Below, piece by piece: positions 52,581 through 64,000 of a DNA stretch of 64,000 bases. The stretch is taken from positions 23,143,097-23,207,096 of the forward strand of contig NC_068992.1 in assembly GCF_001194135.2 (NCBI RefSeq), written 5' to 3'. Numbering within the stretch: position 1 is the stretch's first letter; each line of letters begins with the position of its first letter. The DNA comes from Octopus bimaculoides (lineage: Eukaryota). The notes below the pieces were generated by a model. It did no database searches and had not been told where the DNA came from. It was given only the letters and a program-made list of their open reading frames with translations. Made by a program: the position numbers and the translations under genes.

Positions 52581-54797
52581 TATATATTAAAGAAAAACAC
52601 AAACAAAAATTGGATAAACTGCTGATGACGGTCCCAGACCGGGATACACTCAGGATAGATCAGCTGCTACAAGCTGATTTATAAACAACTCCAGCCATAA
52701 TGCGACAACAAACCCGAAAGAAAATAAATTAATAAATTAATGGAAACCTAGAACAAAAGAAAAGGAATAAAAGTATTTGGTATTATATATAACTCTTCCT
52801 CCTTGACTCTCTCGTCGCTGACACGTGACGAAAGGGTATATATCTTTCTATCCATTTCCTTCCTAAAGAAAAGACGTGCCTCGCCTGTCTCCTCTCTTGG
52901 CTCGCTCTCCCTACGTTCATAATAATTTTTCCATCGTCTTGGCTCAACAGCCCTCACGATTTGTTTTTACTGTCTTGTTTTCACTGTCCTGTTCTTGTTA
53001 ACACTTTCACCCTCTGCAAGAAATCGCAAATTTTATTTAATTTGCTTTGCGGGAAGGACTGTTTCAACGAATTCGCGTATTGTCCTTACCTTCGAAACGC
53101 GGAGTAGATGAAACAGGGACAACTGAAGAAGGGGTATACTCTTTATGTTGCATGTCTCGTTTCTCTGTTTGCTTTTTTGGTTGTCGAAAAAATTTCGTTT
53201 TCTATGTTTTCGTTTTTATGTTTTCGTTTCTCATTGCGTNNNNNNNNNNNNNNNNNNNNNNNNNNNNNNNNNNNNNNNNNNNNNNNNNNNNNNNNNNNNN
53301 NNNNNNNNNNNNNNNNNNNNNNNNNNNNNNNNNNNNNATATATATATATATATATACATACATGTATACCTTGACCACCTTAGAACACGATTTTGTGATT
53401 ATTATAATGAATACATTACTCCCACTTAAAGTTAGTACATATAAAAATGTAGTGTACCAACAGTAAAACAACCTTTATTGTATTTTGCTTAATAGTTGGT
53501 ATTGGTTATGAATTCATTATAAAAGAAACATTTTTGCTTTATGTATTATTTTCTCTGTCGCATCACAAAAAGATCATGCTACCTAAAGTCATTAGTGTCT
53601 ATTTGCTTGCTCTAAAATCTGCATCTACATGCAGGCATTTGAAGGTTGTTTTCTAAAAGACACTATCATGTGTTCTCAGGTTGTATATTCAAATGTCAAA
53701 AAGCTATTATTCCTAAATATTCATTGCCTGTTTCAGTTTCATTCTTAAAAATATTTGTCTATTAACGTTGCATAACTTTTTCCGTGCCAAAAGTCTTTCT
53801 ATGCATTATTAAAACCGAAAACTATGCATTCATGAATTGATTTACTCAAACATTTATTTAATTATTTGGACAGTCCGTACTACTTGGTAATTTTAATGCT
53901 TTTCTTTTTATGTTCTTTAAAGTGCAATATAGATTTCAAGCGTTTCAAATATATTGCAAGTACCGTCTGCTTACCATTAATTTCAGGAAGCTAACTTGAC
54001 CTTTCAGTGGCTTATTTAAATATGAAATTTTGTTTATAAATGAGATCGTATCTCCTGTTATTTCAGGATGTTTATAGGCAAGATTGTCAACCATGTTGCT
54101 TGAGGTTAGTTTGAAAGTGTACAAAAACTGGCAATTCTGTCTCAATAAATATGTTTCTTGTCAGGAAAAAGATGCGACTGAGTGCATAATACATTATTCT
54201 GTATTTTCTAATTTGAAACGTCTATAAGCATTTAATTCCAGAGTAAGTAATATGATGTACAAAATAATAGGAAGCACACTTGTGATTGCAACAACATCTT
54301 GAAGAACATATTTCGTGAATCACAATCAACTTTTTAAAATATGATCCATCATATTTCATTCGGGGAGCAGCATAGCAACACATTCCATTACAGAGAATAC
54401 AGACTCAAATTATATTCAGAAAATATCAGACTAAGACAATTATTTCCATAATTAAAAATCTCATTAAAAGATATTCCAAAAAGTAATACTGAGCCATATA
54501 TATGCATGAAATTACAAATATGTGGCTTCGACAAAGCAAATACAATTAATAAAATACATATAACTGTCTAAAGTGCATGTCTATTAGATGTTGACCAGGT
54601 AGTCTCCGTATTGTGTCTCACCAAATTAGAAAACACTGCTGATCTCCCTCACACACCATCCTAGCGTTTTAGAAATAAACTCGCGGGACACTGAAATGAT
54701 TGGAGAAAATATCAGAAACTCAAATCTGAAACATATTTGACAAGAGACGGATTGCCCTTAGCAACAAATATGACTTTTTGATTGGAGAGAGATATAG

Positions 54798-54831
<34 letters not shown>

Positions 54832-55273
54832 NNNNNNNNNNNNNNNNNNNNNNNNNNNNNNNNNNNNNNNNNNNNNNNNNNNNNNNNNNNNNNNNNNNNN
54901 NNNNNNNNNNNNNNNNNNNNNNNNNNNNNNNNNNNNNNNNNNNNNNNNNNNNNNNNNNNNNNNNNNNNNNNNNNNNNNNNNNNNNNNNNNNNNNNNNNNN
55001 NNNNNNNNNNNNNNNNNNNNNNNNNNNNNNNNNNNNNNNNNNNNNNNNNNNNNNNNNNNNNNNNNNNNNNNNNNNNNNNNNNNNNNNNNNNNNNNNNNNN
55101 NNNNNNNNNNNNNNNNNNNNNNNNNNNNNNNNNNNNNNNNNNNNNNNNNNNNNNNNNNNNNNNNNNNNNNNNNNNNNNNNNNNNNNNNNNNNNNNNNNNN
55201 NNNNNNNNNNNNNNNNNNNNNNNNNNNNNNNNNNNNNNNNNNNNNNNNNNNNNNNNNNNNNNNNNNNNNNNNN

Positions 55274-56689
55274 GGTAAAGAGTGTGATGTGCTGAAAACA
55301 GAGAGAACAGTACTTGAAGTGTAGTTTCATTCCAGCGGTAAATATCCGTGTAGAAATCCCTGCAAAGTAATCCATGTGTGGAAAATCCGGAAATTTATGT
55401 TGGAGCGAAAGTTGATATAGCATAGATACCAGAGGTACATATATTCTATATTGCGATGGATTTTTGCTTGTTTACTTGAAGAATGGCCAAGTCAAGTGAA
55501 AAGTGAGCGGTAATTAGGTCAAGTCATGAAGACAGAATGTGAAAGGGGATAGAGGAGAGATAGAGGCGGAGGATGGTAGCGATATATTTACGGTCAGTTG
55601 GTCTTAACAGGGTAGAGGGATGAGCATATAGAGTGAAGGAGGAATAGGGGGATGCGGTTAAAAGGTCTAGTGAGTAGGAAGGAATGCGTGTGTGTAGTAT
55701 ATAGGTGGTGGGGTATGAGTGATAAACCAAAGACAGGGATAAAGGGCAGGGATGGGTAGGAATGGTAGTTAGTAGTATCATATTTCAGGATGCTGCCAAG
55801 CCTATTTATAGACGGTGGAAAGGGATTGAAAGAAGTGACGTAGTCTGTATACGTAGGTGGTGATCTTGTGAATTTGAGAATAGAAGAAATAGATTTTGTG
55901 GTATATGTGTGGTGAGATGATCGAAAGGAAATAATCCTATTCAAAAGATGGTGAAAGATGGATGTTTTTGCCAGGTTGAATAGGTTTCCTGTAGGGGGTT
56001 GTGTGATTATGTTGCGTGATCGTTTGTGCAATTTTGCTTGTGATAGAACCTAAATGTGTGAAAATAGCGGTGGTTGCAGTTGCTAAACGCTTCGTTATAT
56101 CGATTAAGTAGAGTGGGAGAATTGTATTTTAAAATATGGAACGCCTCCGTTAGCCAAAGCTTGCAATTGCAGCGCTGGCCCTAGTATGGAGTTCCAGAAT
56201 CTAAGATGGACCATTTTAAGGTGTATTGGGTATTTTTGTTTTTGAGGTGATGAATATGATTGGCTAATGTTGTCGGTTTACTGTGTTTGTCGTATCTAAA
56301 AGAGTGCATATGGGCCGCGTAGCGATGTTTAAAGTTTATAGTTGCACCAATGTACGTGGCAGTAGAGTTATGTAATATATTTTTCACGGTGCATTTATAT
56401 ATTACATTGTATCTTACCAAATGTGTTTGAAGTGGACAGATAGTCCCGGAGCGACAGTTACACGTGTAGGAGGCTAGAGGGTTGCGTATGCTTGTGGTTG
56501 AGTTATTATTATTGGAGGATATGTTATTAGGGGATGTGTAGGAATCTAGATCAGAGGAATTATTGTTATGGCTATTTGTCCTATCAGTGCTATTATTGGT
56601 ATTGTTATTGTCTAGAATATTGCTGGGTTGGGATCCATTGTGGTTTTGTTCCAGTTAGTGTTAGAAGAACGTATATTGATGTCCGTGTT
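55274..56689 (-). mobile_element. Inverted (left) arm of a Penelope-like element
   Basis: Reverse complement of ~56828-58320 at roughly 96 percent identity (hand count over ~280 nt). The outer end runs into N gap 54832-55273. Confidence 0.92.
56007..56686 (-). pseudogene. Disrupted copy of the PLE GIY-YIG endonuclease
   Basis: NVIYKCTV...TYIGATINFKHRYAAH motif. Premature TAG at 56181-56183 (CAG in the right arm) and a 10-nt deletion relative to the right arm near 56654. Confidence 0.88.
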
Positions 56690-57519
56690 TAAAATTATCG
56701 TATTGTACCACTCCTAACTCTGAATCTATTATAGCAGCTTCTAACAAACATAAACTCTCGCTCTATTACCAAAACCTAAGCAACCGTAACTATGCTAACA
56801 CCAGCACCCGACCCACACATACACCCAACGCGGACATCAATATACGTTCTTCTAACACTAACGCTCGTACACTGGAACAAAACCACAATGGATCCCAACC
56901 CATTAATATTCTAGACAATAACAATACCAATAATAACACTGATAGGACTAATAGCCATAACAATAATTCCACTGATCTAGATTCCTACACATCCCCTAAT
57001 AACATATCCTCCAATAATAATAACTCAACCACAAGCATACGCAACCCTCTAGCCTCCTACACTTGTAACTGTCGCTCCGGGACTATCTGTCCGCTTCAAA
57101 CACATTGCGTAAGATACAATGTAATATATAAATGCGCCGTCAAAAATCTATTACATAACTCTACTGCCACGTACATTGGTACAACAATAAACTTTAAACA
57201 TCGCTACGCAGCCCACATGCACTCTTTTAGATGCGACAAACACAGCAAATCTACAACATTAGCCAATCATATTCATCACCTCAAAAACAAAAATACCCAA
57301 TACACCTTAAAATGGTCCATCTTAGATTCTGGAACTCCATACCAGGGCCAGCGCTGCAATTGCAAGCTTTGGCTAACGGAGGCGTTCCATATTTTAAAAT
57401 ACAATTCTCCCACTCTACTTAATCGATATAACGAAGCGTTTAGCAACTGCAACCACCGCTATTTTCACACATCTAGGTTCTATCACAAGCAAAATTGCAC
57501 AAACGGTCACGCAACATAA
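56689..57519 (+). CDS. Open, start-less C-terminal part of a PLE ORF: linker, Cys-rich motif and GIY-YIG endonuclease (276 aa)
   Basis: Uninterrupted frame by hand translation. It contains VIYKC (57121), TYIGTT (57169), FKHRY, LTE and LLN..E...CNH, the conserved Y/R/E/N GIY-YIG residues. The ORF track shows only 57217-57519. Confidence 0.85.
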   Translation, partial: LKLSYCTTPNSESIIAASNKHKLSLYYQNLSNRNYANTSTRPTHTPNADINIRSSNTNARTLEQNHNGSQPINILDNNNTNNNTDRTNSHNNNSTDLDSYTSPNNISSNNNNSTTSIRNPLASYTCNCRSGTICPLQTHCVRYNVIYKCAVKNLLHNSTATYIGTTINFKHRYAAHMHSFRCDKHSKSTTLANHIHHLKNKNTQYTLKWSILDSGTPYQGQRCNCKLWLTEAFHILKYNSPTLLNRYNEAFSNCNHRYFHTSRFYHKQNCTNGHAT

Positions 57520-57991
57520 CCACAGAACCCCCCACAGACAACCTATTCAACCTGGCAAAAACATCCATCTTTCACCATCTTTTGAATAGGATTATTTCCT
57601 TTCGATCATCTCACCACACATATACCACAAAATCTATTTCTTCTATTCTCAAATTCACAAGATCACCACCTACGCATACAGACTACGTCACTTCTTTCAA
57701 TCCCTCTCCACCGCCTATAAATAGGCTTGGCAGCATCCTGAAATATGATATTACTAACTACCTTTCCCACCCATCCCTTCCCTTTATCTCTGTCCTTGGT
57801 TTATCACTCATACCCCCACCACAGACGCATTCCTTCCTACTCACTAGACCTTTTAACCGCATCCCCCTATTCCAACTTCACTCTATATGCTCATCCCCTC
57901 TACCCTGTTAAGACCAACTGACCGTAAATATATCGCTACCATCCTCCGCCTCTATCTCTCCTCTATCCCCTTTCACATTCTGTCTTCATGA

Positions 57992-58139
57992 CTTGACCTA
58001 ATTACCGCTCACTTTTCACTTGACTTGGCCATTCTTCAAGTAAACAAGCAAAAATCCATCNNNNNNNNNNCTTGACCTAATTACCGCTCACTTTTCACTT
58101 GACTTGGCCATTCTTCAAGTAAACAAGCAAAAATCCATC
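57992..58139. other. Probable assembly artefact: 69-bp duplication across a 10-N gap
   Basis: 57992-58060 is identical to 58071-58139, and the left arm carries only one copy of this segment. Confidence 0.85.
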
Positions 58140-58378
58140 GCAATATGGAATATATGTATCTCTGCTATCTATGCTATATCAACTTTCGCTCCAACATAAA
58201 TTTCCGGATTTTCCACACATGGATTACTTTGCAGGGATTTCTACACGGATATTTTGCCACTGGAATGAAACTACACTTCAAGTACTGTTATCTCTTTTTT
58301 CAGCACGTCACACTCTTTACCACTTCATACTAAAAATATCCGCCTATGGATATAATAATAGATTACTTTATTTTTTCT

Positions 58379-58427
58379 GTCTCCGATGAAGGGAAGTACT
58401 GGATTTTCCCAGAAACAGCTGTAAGAC
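58379..58427 (+). ncRNA. Minimal type I hammerhead ribozyme at the PLE 3' end
   Basis: gtct-CCGATGA-a-gggaa(gtactggatt)ttccc-a-GAAAC-AGCT-GTA-agac. Palindromic stem III ACAGCTGT and GUA triplet; core U4 is changed to C. Confidence 0.8.
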
Positions 58428-60609
58428 TCTATCCATAAGATGCTTCTCCAACCTTACCTTTGCTCTCTTTANNNNNNNNNNNNNNNNNNNNNNNNNNNNN
58501 NNNNNNNNNNNNNNNNNNNNNNNNNNNNNNNNNNNNNNNNNNATATATATATATTTATATATATATGTATATGTGTTTCACACACACATACACACACATA
58601 TTTACGTTTACATATAGGTACACAATTATCTGTAAATTAATGAAACAAACCGGTCCTTGATTAACAATTGTGGTTGACCATTTAAAGGCGTCAGACACAC
58701 TACCTCAAGGATTCAAAGAACCATAACGTTGTAACTCGCATAGAAACTAAAATATACATCTTAGTTCAAGTTGATCCGACGACAAACTATTTTTGATAGA
58801 CATTCATCTCAACAGAAAACTCATGCAGTTAGTACTAGCTTCTATAATATATAATATACTCATATAAGGATATCTTTGACTTGGTCTTTCTAATTGGTCT
58901 AATTGTTCAGAGAACGACTGTAATTGAATATTTTAAATTGCATTTCAAAATATTTCTATTAAGTCGGTGAACTTACCTGAATACATATCTAAGCTCAGGC
59001 AGTAGCAAAAATATCCACCAACCATCAAGATTATCGACAATAATATCAAAAGGCCATTTAAATAAAAGGATGTACTGTTTACTGATTTCGGAAGAACAGA
59101 ATTATCCTATTGTATACCTTTGCAAAAATATTGTACGCACTCATAATTAAAACATATACACACATAAACATTGGCACAATCACATATACACTTTAAATTA
59201 CATATATGTTAGATTGTTTACAAACAATACCACATTACACATTCGTTGAAAAAGTTATACCTTTACTACAAAATTAGATAAGTTCATGTATATCTAAATA
59301 CCGTAAAATTCTATAAAAATGGTATTCATACGTGACGTAGTTAAAGCACTGAAGATAATTCTATAAACACAGCATATATCTGATTAATTTAGGCAAGTTT
59401 AGAATTAGGAAGAACTATAATAGAATTAAATAAACAAAAAAGGAAAGGACATCAACCACTATAAGACATATGTGTATGTATCAACACGCGTTGTTCATAC
59501 ACACACATGTGTCTGCACACAAGCATATACAAAAGTTTAAACAGATGTATGAGTTAATACTGCTTTACATTTGTTTGATTTATAAACATACAATTTATAT
59601 TCGCTTCTGTGTAGTAGATACAAACACACAACACGTATACGCACACACGTACGTACCACACACACACGAGTGTATATTTATATGTATGTGTATATATGTA
59701 TATGTATATATATTCTATACATCTCCGTATGTGTTTGTGTTTACATATGCACATCAATACAGTCATATACATTTACATGTATGTATGTAAGTGTATGACT
59801 ATTTGATTGCCCTATAGATTCTTATTGAACTTCATTATAACACAACTTGCATCTCAAGATGTCTGTCTTAATCTATTAGCGTTCTGCGTTTAGAGATTTG
59901 TCAATGAAAGTTTGCTGCGCAAATGTGTCCGCATAGTTCTCTTTGAAAGAGAAATAGAAAATGTATGAGCATTAAACATTTTGTAGTGGATATATAGGTT
60001 CTTTCAGTAGAATTAAGTTTGGCGCTATATTTACGCATGTAATGTACGCATATAATAAATAAGCCTATGTGTGTGCACGTATGCGAATTGGTGCGTAGAT
60101 ATGTCTGGGTATATTTACTGGTAAAATTTCCCGTTGGTTCCGAATTGGCCTTATTCTCTCCTATATGTTGTCCCTGGAACTCTAACTGACGCCACTCTGT
60201 GTTTATATAATTGAATCACGTAAGTAAATTCCCACCTTGTTTTATTTTTCCTCATTAAGAAGAACGCTATTTATTACTCTTATTTCAGTATAAGCACTGA
60301 CTTATTGCATAAGTATTAAAATAATTTTAACGAATTATTTCACCCTTAACTGGCATGCATACATAATACGTACATACATACATACATACATACATACATA
60401 CATGCATGCATGCATACTTACATATATGCATACGTATGTGTACATACATATATATACATATATATTATATATATTAATTATATATATTTATATGTACATA
60501 TATATATATATATATATATATACGTGTATGCTGAACATATTAATATCCTTGTGTCTGTGTGTACACAAACGCACATACATATATATCCCTATCTATCTTT
60601 CTATTTATC

Positions 60610-60655
<46 letters not shown>

Positions 60656-61964
60656 CGTAAATACAAATGCACACCTATCTTTAATGTTTACTTACCGTAT
60701 TCACCCACCTTTTAATGTACTTACATGACTTATCTCTACAATATTAATCTTGCAAATTTTTGGAAATGTTTTTCGTCTAATGTAATCACTTGGATTGAAG
60801 TTGTTTTGTATAAGCTATCCTCAAATAAATAAAAGACCATATTTTGTTCACGTCTCATCAAAATTGTCGATGATGTTAAACTACAAATGATAATGAGAGA
60901 TATAAGTGAAATATAACAGACATTGCAAATGTTAATGACCAAAGCAATATAAATACAATGTTATTATCAGTTAGAATATGCTAAAAGTATGTTCGGACTT
61001 CTAAACAAGCAAATCATTGTTTTGTCATAGAGAACATTTCTCGCTGTACATATATGGCGTAAATACGCATAAATCAGTTCGCAGCGCCACCTATCCAGAC
61101 TGCGAGTTGCAAGCATTTAGGAGTGGTTATCTCCTGTTCAGTCACAGAAATCGGAGCACTCATTTTGGAGTCATATTCACTGGCGAGTTACGGCAATCCA
61201 TTTCCTTCCTTGTGGGGCCATCCATTCTTTGTGGTTGCAGAAGCTGGGTAATCATTGTCAATATGTATCGCGAATAAAAGCATTTGTGCACGAATGGTTC
61301 ATACCGCCCGTACAAAGACTATTAAAAAGCCACAGAAGGTAATGTTAAATCAAACTGACCGCTGCCATTACACTAAAGATTCAAGGAGGTAATTAGCTTT
61401 CTGCAATCCGTTAAAACAACTAAAGTTCACCTCTCAGGGAGATGTACTTTCCGACGTTTCCCCCTCACCCATACTTCGTTTACCTTCTATCTCATGTCTC
61501 CTGTATTACAAATAGAAGGTAAACGAAAGAGAAAGAAGAATAAAAGTCGAGCCTGGAATAATAAGGATCCTGAATATTTTAATACTCAGTGAGTCCTAAA
61601 TCGCTTGTACATCTGCCATTTTAAAGAAATTTGATAGGTTTTAATAACGCAGCCTATGTCAGTGTGAAATTAAAGGAGCTCCCACCTGAGGACGTGCATG
61701 TATTTGTAAGCAAGTGTGTATGTTTGCAGATACTGATGCGTGTATATGTGTGCATTAATCCATGCACACACACGATTATGCAGATATATATGTTTGTGTG
61801 TGTGTTTATGTGTGTGTACATGTACGTACACATGTTTGTGCGAGTGTGTACGTATGTAGACGTTGTGAACGTAGGAGGTTTATGTCAATGTATTGTGGGA
61901 ATATAGGTGTATATAGGAGTACTACTGCTGCCACTACTTCTATCACCACTGCCTCAGTTACTGT

Positions 61965-61987
61965 TGTTACTGCTGCTGCTGCTGCTG

Positions 61988-62044
<57 letters not shown>
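61965..62044. repeat. (GCT)n(ACT)n compound microsatellite
   Basis: Direct reading. Confidence 0.9.
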
Positions 62045-62717
62045 GTGGTATCACGCGTGTGACGTGTAACTTGTCCACACATTATGGATAAACGTAAAAT
62101 ATAGAGGTGTATGCTTGATATTAATACGCGTGAAGCGACACCTGTTTCTGTACACTGTCTACGTCAATACACATCATATATCCTTTTCGTACATGGAACA
62201 AACAGCGGTAGTAAATCATGGTAAGAATACAACACGTGTCACTGATATTGTTGACAACAAAATAAAACTAAAGAAAAACAAAAACCTTGAGTGATTGATT
62301 TGTTTGTAAAATAATAGATTTCTTCCTTAATTCCGAAATGTGTGCTGTATTTTCTTAAGGATTTGCATCGTAATGTAATCGGTGAAACCATTGCACTATT
62401 AGAACAAACAGGTAAGATTTGTGACAAGCAAATTATTAATACACACATAAGATATATTAGTGTTTATATGAGCCAACTGATTATGCAGCGTGTTTGAAAT
62501 TGTCAGTATTGGAAATTTACGGTGCTTGCTTTTCCGGCGTTCACTATGAGACTGAAGTCATAACAATGGTCAAATTGACCAGGTTTGTTTGTAAAGTGAT
62601 AGGTAAACATATTGTAAAAGATTTCGTTAAGACTTAATAACATGCAAATATTAAATAACAGCAGGAGTTTCATTATGCCCTCTCCACTGCAACGATAGCT
62701 AATTGTTTGTCGATGCA

Positions 62718-62729
62718 TCTATCTATCTA

Positions 62730-62790
<61 letters not shown>
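62718..62790. repeat. (TATC)n(CT)n microsatellite running into N gap
   Basis: Direct reading. Confidence 0.9.
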
Positions 62791-64000
62791 NNNNNNNNNN
62801 NNNNNNNNNNNNNNNNNNNNNNNNNNNNNNNNNNNNNNNNNNNNNNNNNNNNNNNNNNNNNNNNNTATATATATATATATATATATATATATGAGGAACA
62901 GAGAGTGGTGTGTGAGAGAGAGAGAGAACTCTTTCAAATAATGACCGATCAATCACAGGTTGTATTCACTGACAGAGTAACAGAATATATCAGGTATAAG
63001 CAATACATCTCCTCAACACTTTACGAATTTAAGACAAATTCACCTTGTGGAGTATTTATTTGAAAAATGTTGCAGATATGTTTCCACAAAATACTGCCTA
63101 GTATATTTAAAAAGGAAGGAAGCAATCAAGAATAATTTATTTACGCTCAAATTGACAGAATGAACGGGAATTATTTCTAATCATATTTGCGAGATCAGAG
63201 CAGTTTTTATTTATTTTTTTTATTTTGGCTACACTGCGGCAACAAATACAGCATCCAAACTCCGTTAAAATACCGCTATGTTGTATTGTCTGCTGTTAAT
63301 TGATTCAGTGATGATTGCAACTTAAAACTTACTACATTTGGCTGTTTACTGTTACCGGTTTTGGAACCGAACTTAAGCCGTTGTGGACGATATACTAAGA
63401 ACTATCAAATTCAAGAATATAAAACCGAAATTATCATCGTTGCTCGATTTAGCCCAATGTGAAATCTTTTTCAATTGTTATTGCCAGTTCAAATTCCGAG
63501 AGCATCAGTTTACCAGCCTAAACTTTTCAGAGAAATCGATTAACTTACAAGACTTTAAAACTTCATCTGGTAATGAGCTCTATTTGCGGAGTTCCAAGTT
63601 TTGGAGATGTCTGGAAACACCTCTAAGCCAATATTGTTCCCGGAGAAGTAGCACCTTTCAAGATCCCAGTTAAGGTTCATGTCAGTGAATTACCTCCCGA
63701 CAAAAGTAACTCACAGACAATCCAACGGACCCAGGACAGATAAAGCACCTCCACTCTTTTGCTGCTCGTCTAAAAGGTGACAATCGAATCCTGCATCATG
63801 ACAACTATTGTGCTAGTAATACATGCTGCAGCAGACTAATATAAGCTCCAAGGGCTGTAGGCTGCGCGCGCTCTGCACAAACTATAGTGTTCCACTATAG
63901 TAATAAACCCCTGCTGTCTTGTGGGGTAATTTACTGAATCATTAAAAATGCCTAAGGGAATAAACATCCTAAGAAAATCAGTGGGGTGGGATTCTAAAAC

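Larger units (their letters stand above)
56687..58471 (+). mobile_element. 5'-truncated Penelope-like element (RT thumb end, GIY-YIG EN, 3' UTR, HHR)
   Basis: Open frame LKLSYCTTPNSESIIAASNKHKL...CNCRSGTICPLQTHC...GIY-YIG, then ~0.9 kb of pyrimidine-rich UTR with an HHR near the end, abutting a gap and (TA)n. Confidence 0.92.

Noticed and set aside
55594-57911. ORFs MHKRSRNI... (55594-56031 minus, 57495-57911 plus) as a second PLE gene
   Set aside because: They lie in the low-complexity 3' UTR, have no domain motif, and their ends differ between arms because of indels. They are duplicated only because of the palindrome.
57992-58139. Apparent tandem repeat inside the PLE UTR
   Set aside because: Same 10-N gap signature, and it is absent from the mirror arm.
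385-62956. Numerous ORF-track entries rich in YI, HT, CV, LS, RE, poly-I/L/Y/T/S or X
   Set aside because: They are translations of dinucleotide or trinucleotide microsatellites and N gaps, with no coding evidence.
1-64000. CRISPR array, rRNA or prokaryotic-type system
   Set aside because: No regularly spaced repeat-spacer array, rRNA motif or operon-like ORF cluster is seen; the window is eukaryotic repeat-rich DNA.

Overview
AT-rich, repeat-dense animal genomic DNA from a fragmented assembly with many N gaps, most of them flanked by microsatellites. The SINE, mariner and Penelope repertoire looks like an octopus genome; this is inferred from recalled family sequences, not from a search. 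No host protein-coding gene can be supported. Nearly all ORF-track entries are microsatellite, N-gap or repeat artefacts. Contents: three decayed mariner transposons (586-1757, 25170-25840, 28037-29248), RTE and CR1-like LINE relics, about 19 copies of two tRNA-derived SINE families, and a 3.2-kb head-to-head palindromic Penelope-like element (PLE, 55274-58471) with an open GIY-YIG endonuclease frame. The signal that ordinary annotation would miss is a population of minimal type I hammerhead ribozymes (HHRs) with palindromic stem III. One has an intact core (12744-12795, minus) and one is near-intact at the PLE 3' end (58379-58427). Two lie inside a tRNA-headed SINE-like element that looks like a Pol III SINE-ribozyme chimera (24880-25132 and 36185-36560). 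Several decayed relics also occur, one inside a MITE-like inverted repeat (44097-44494) that may be a miniature PLE palindrome.
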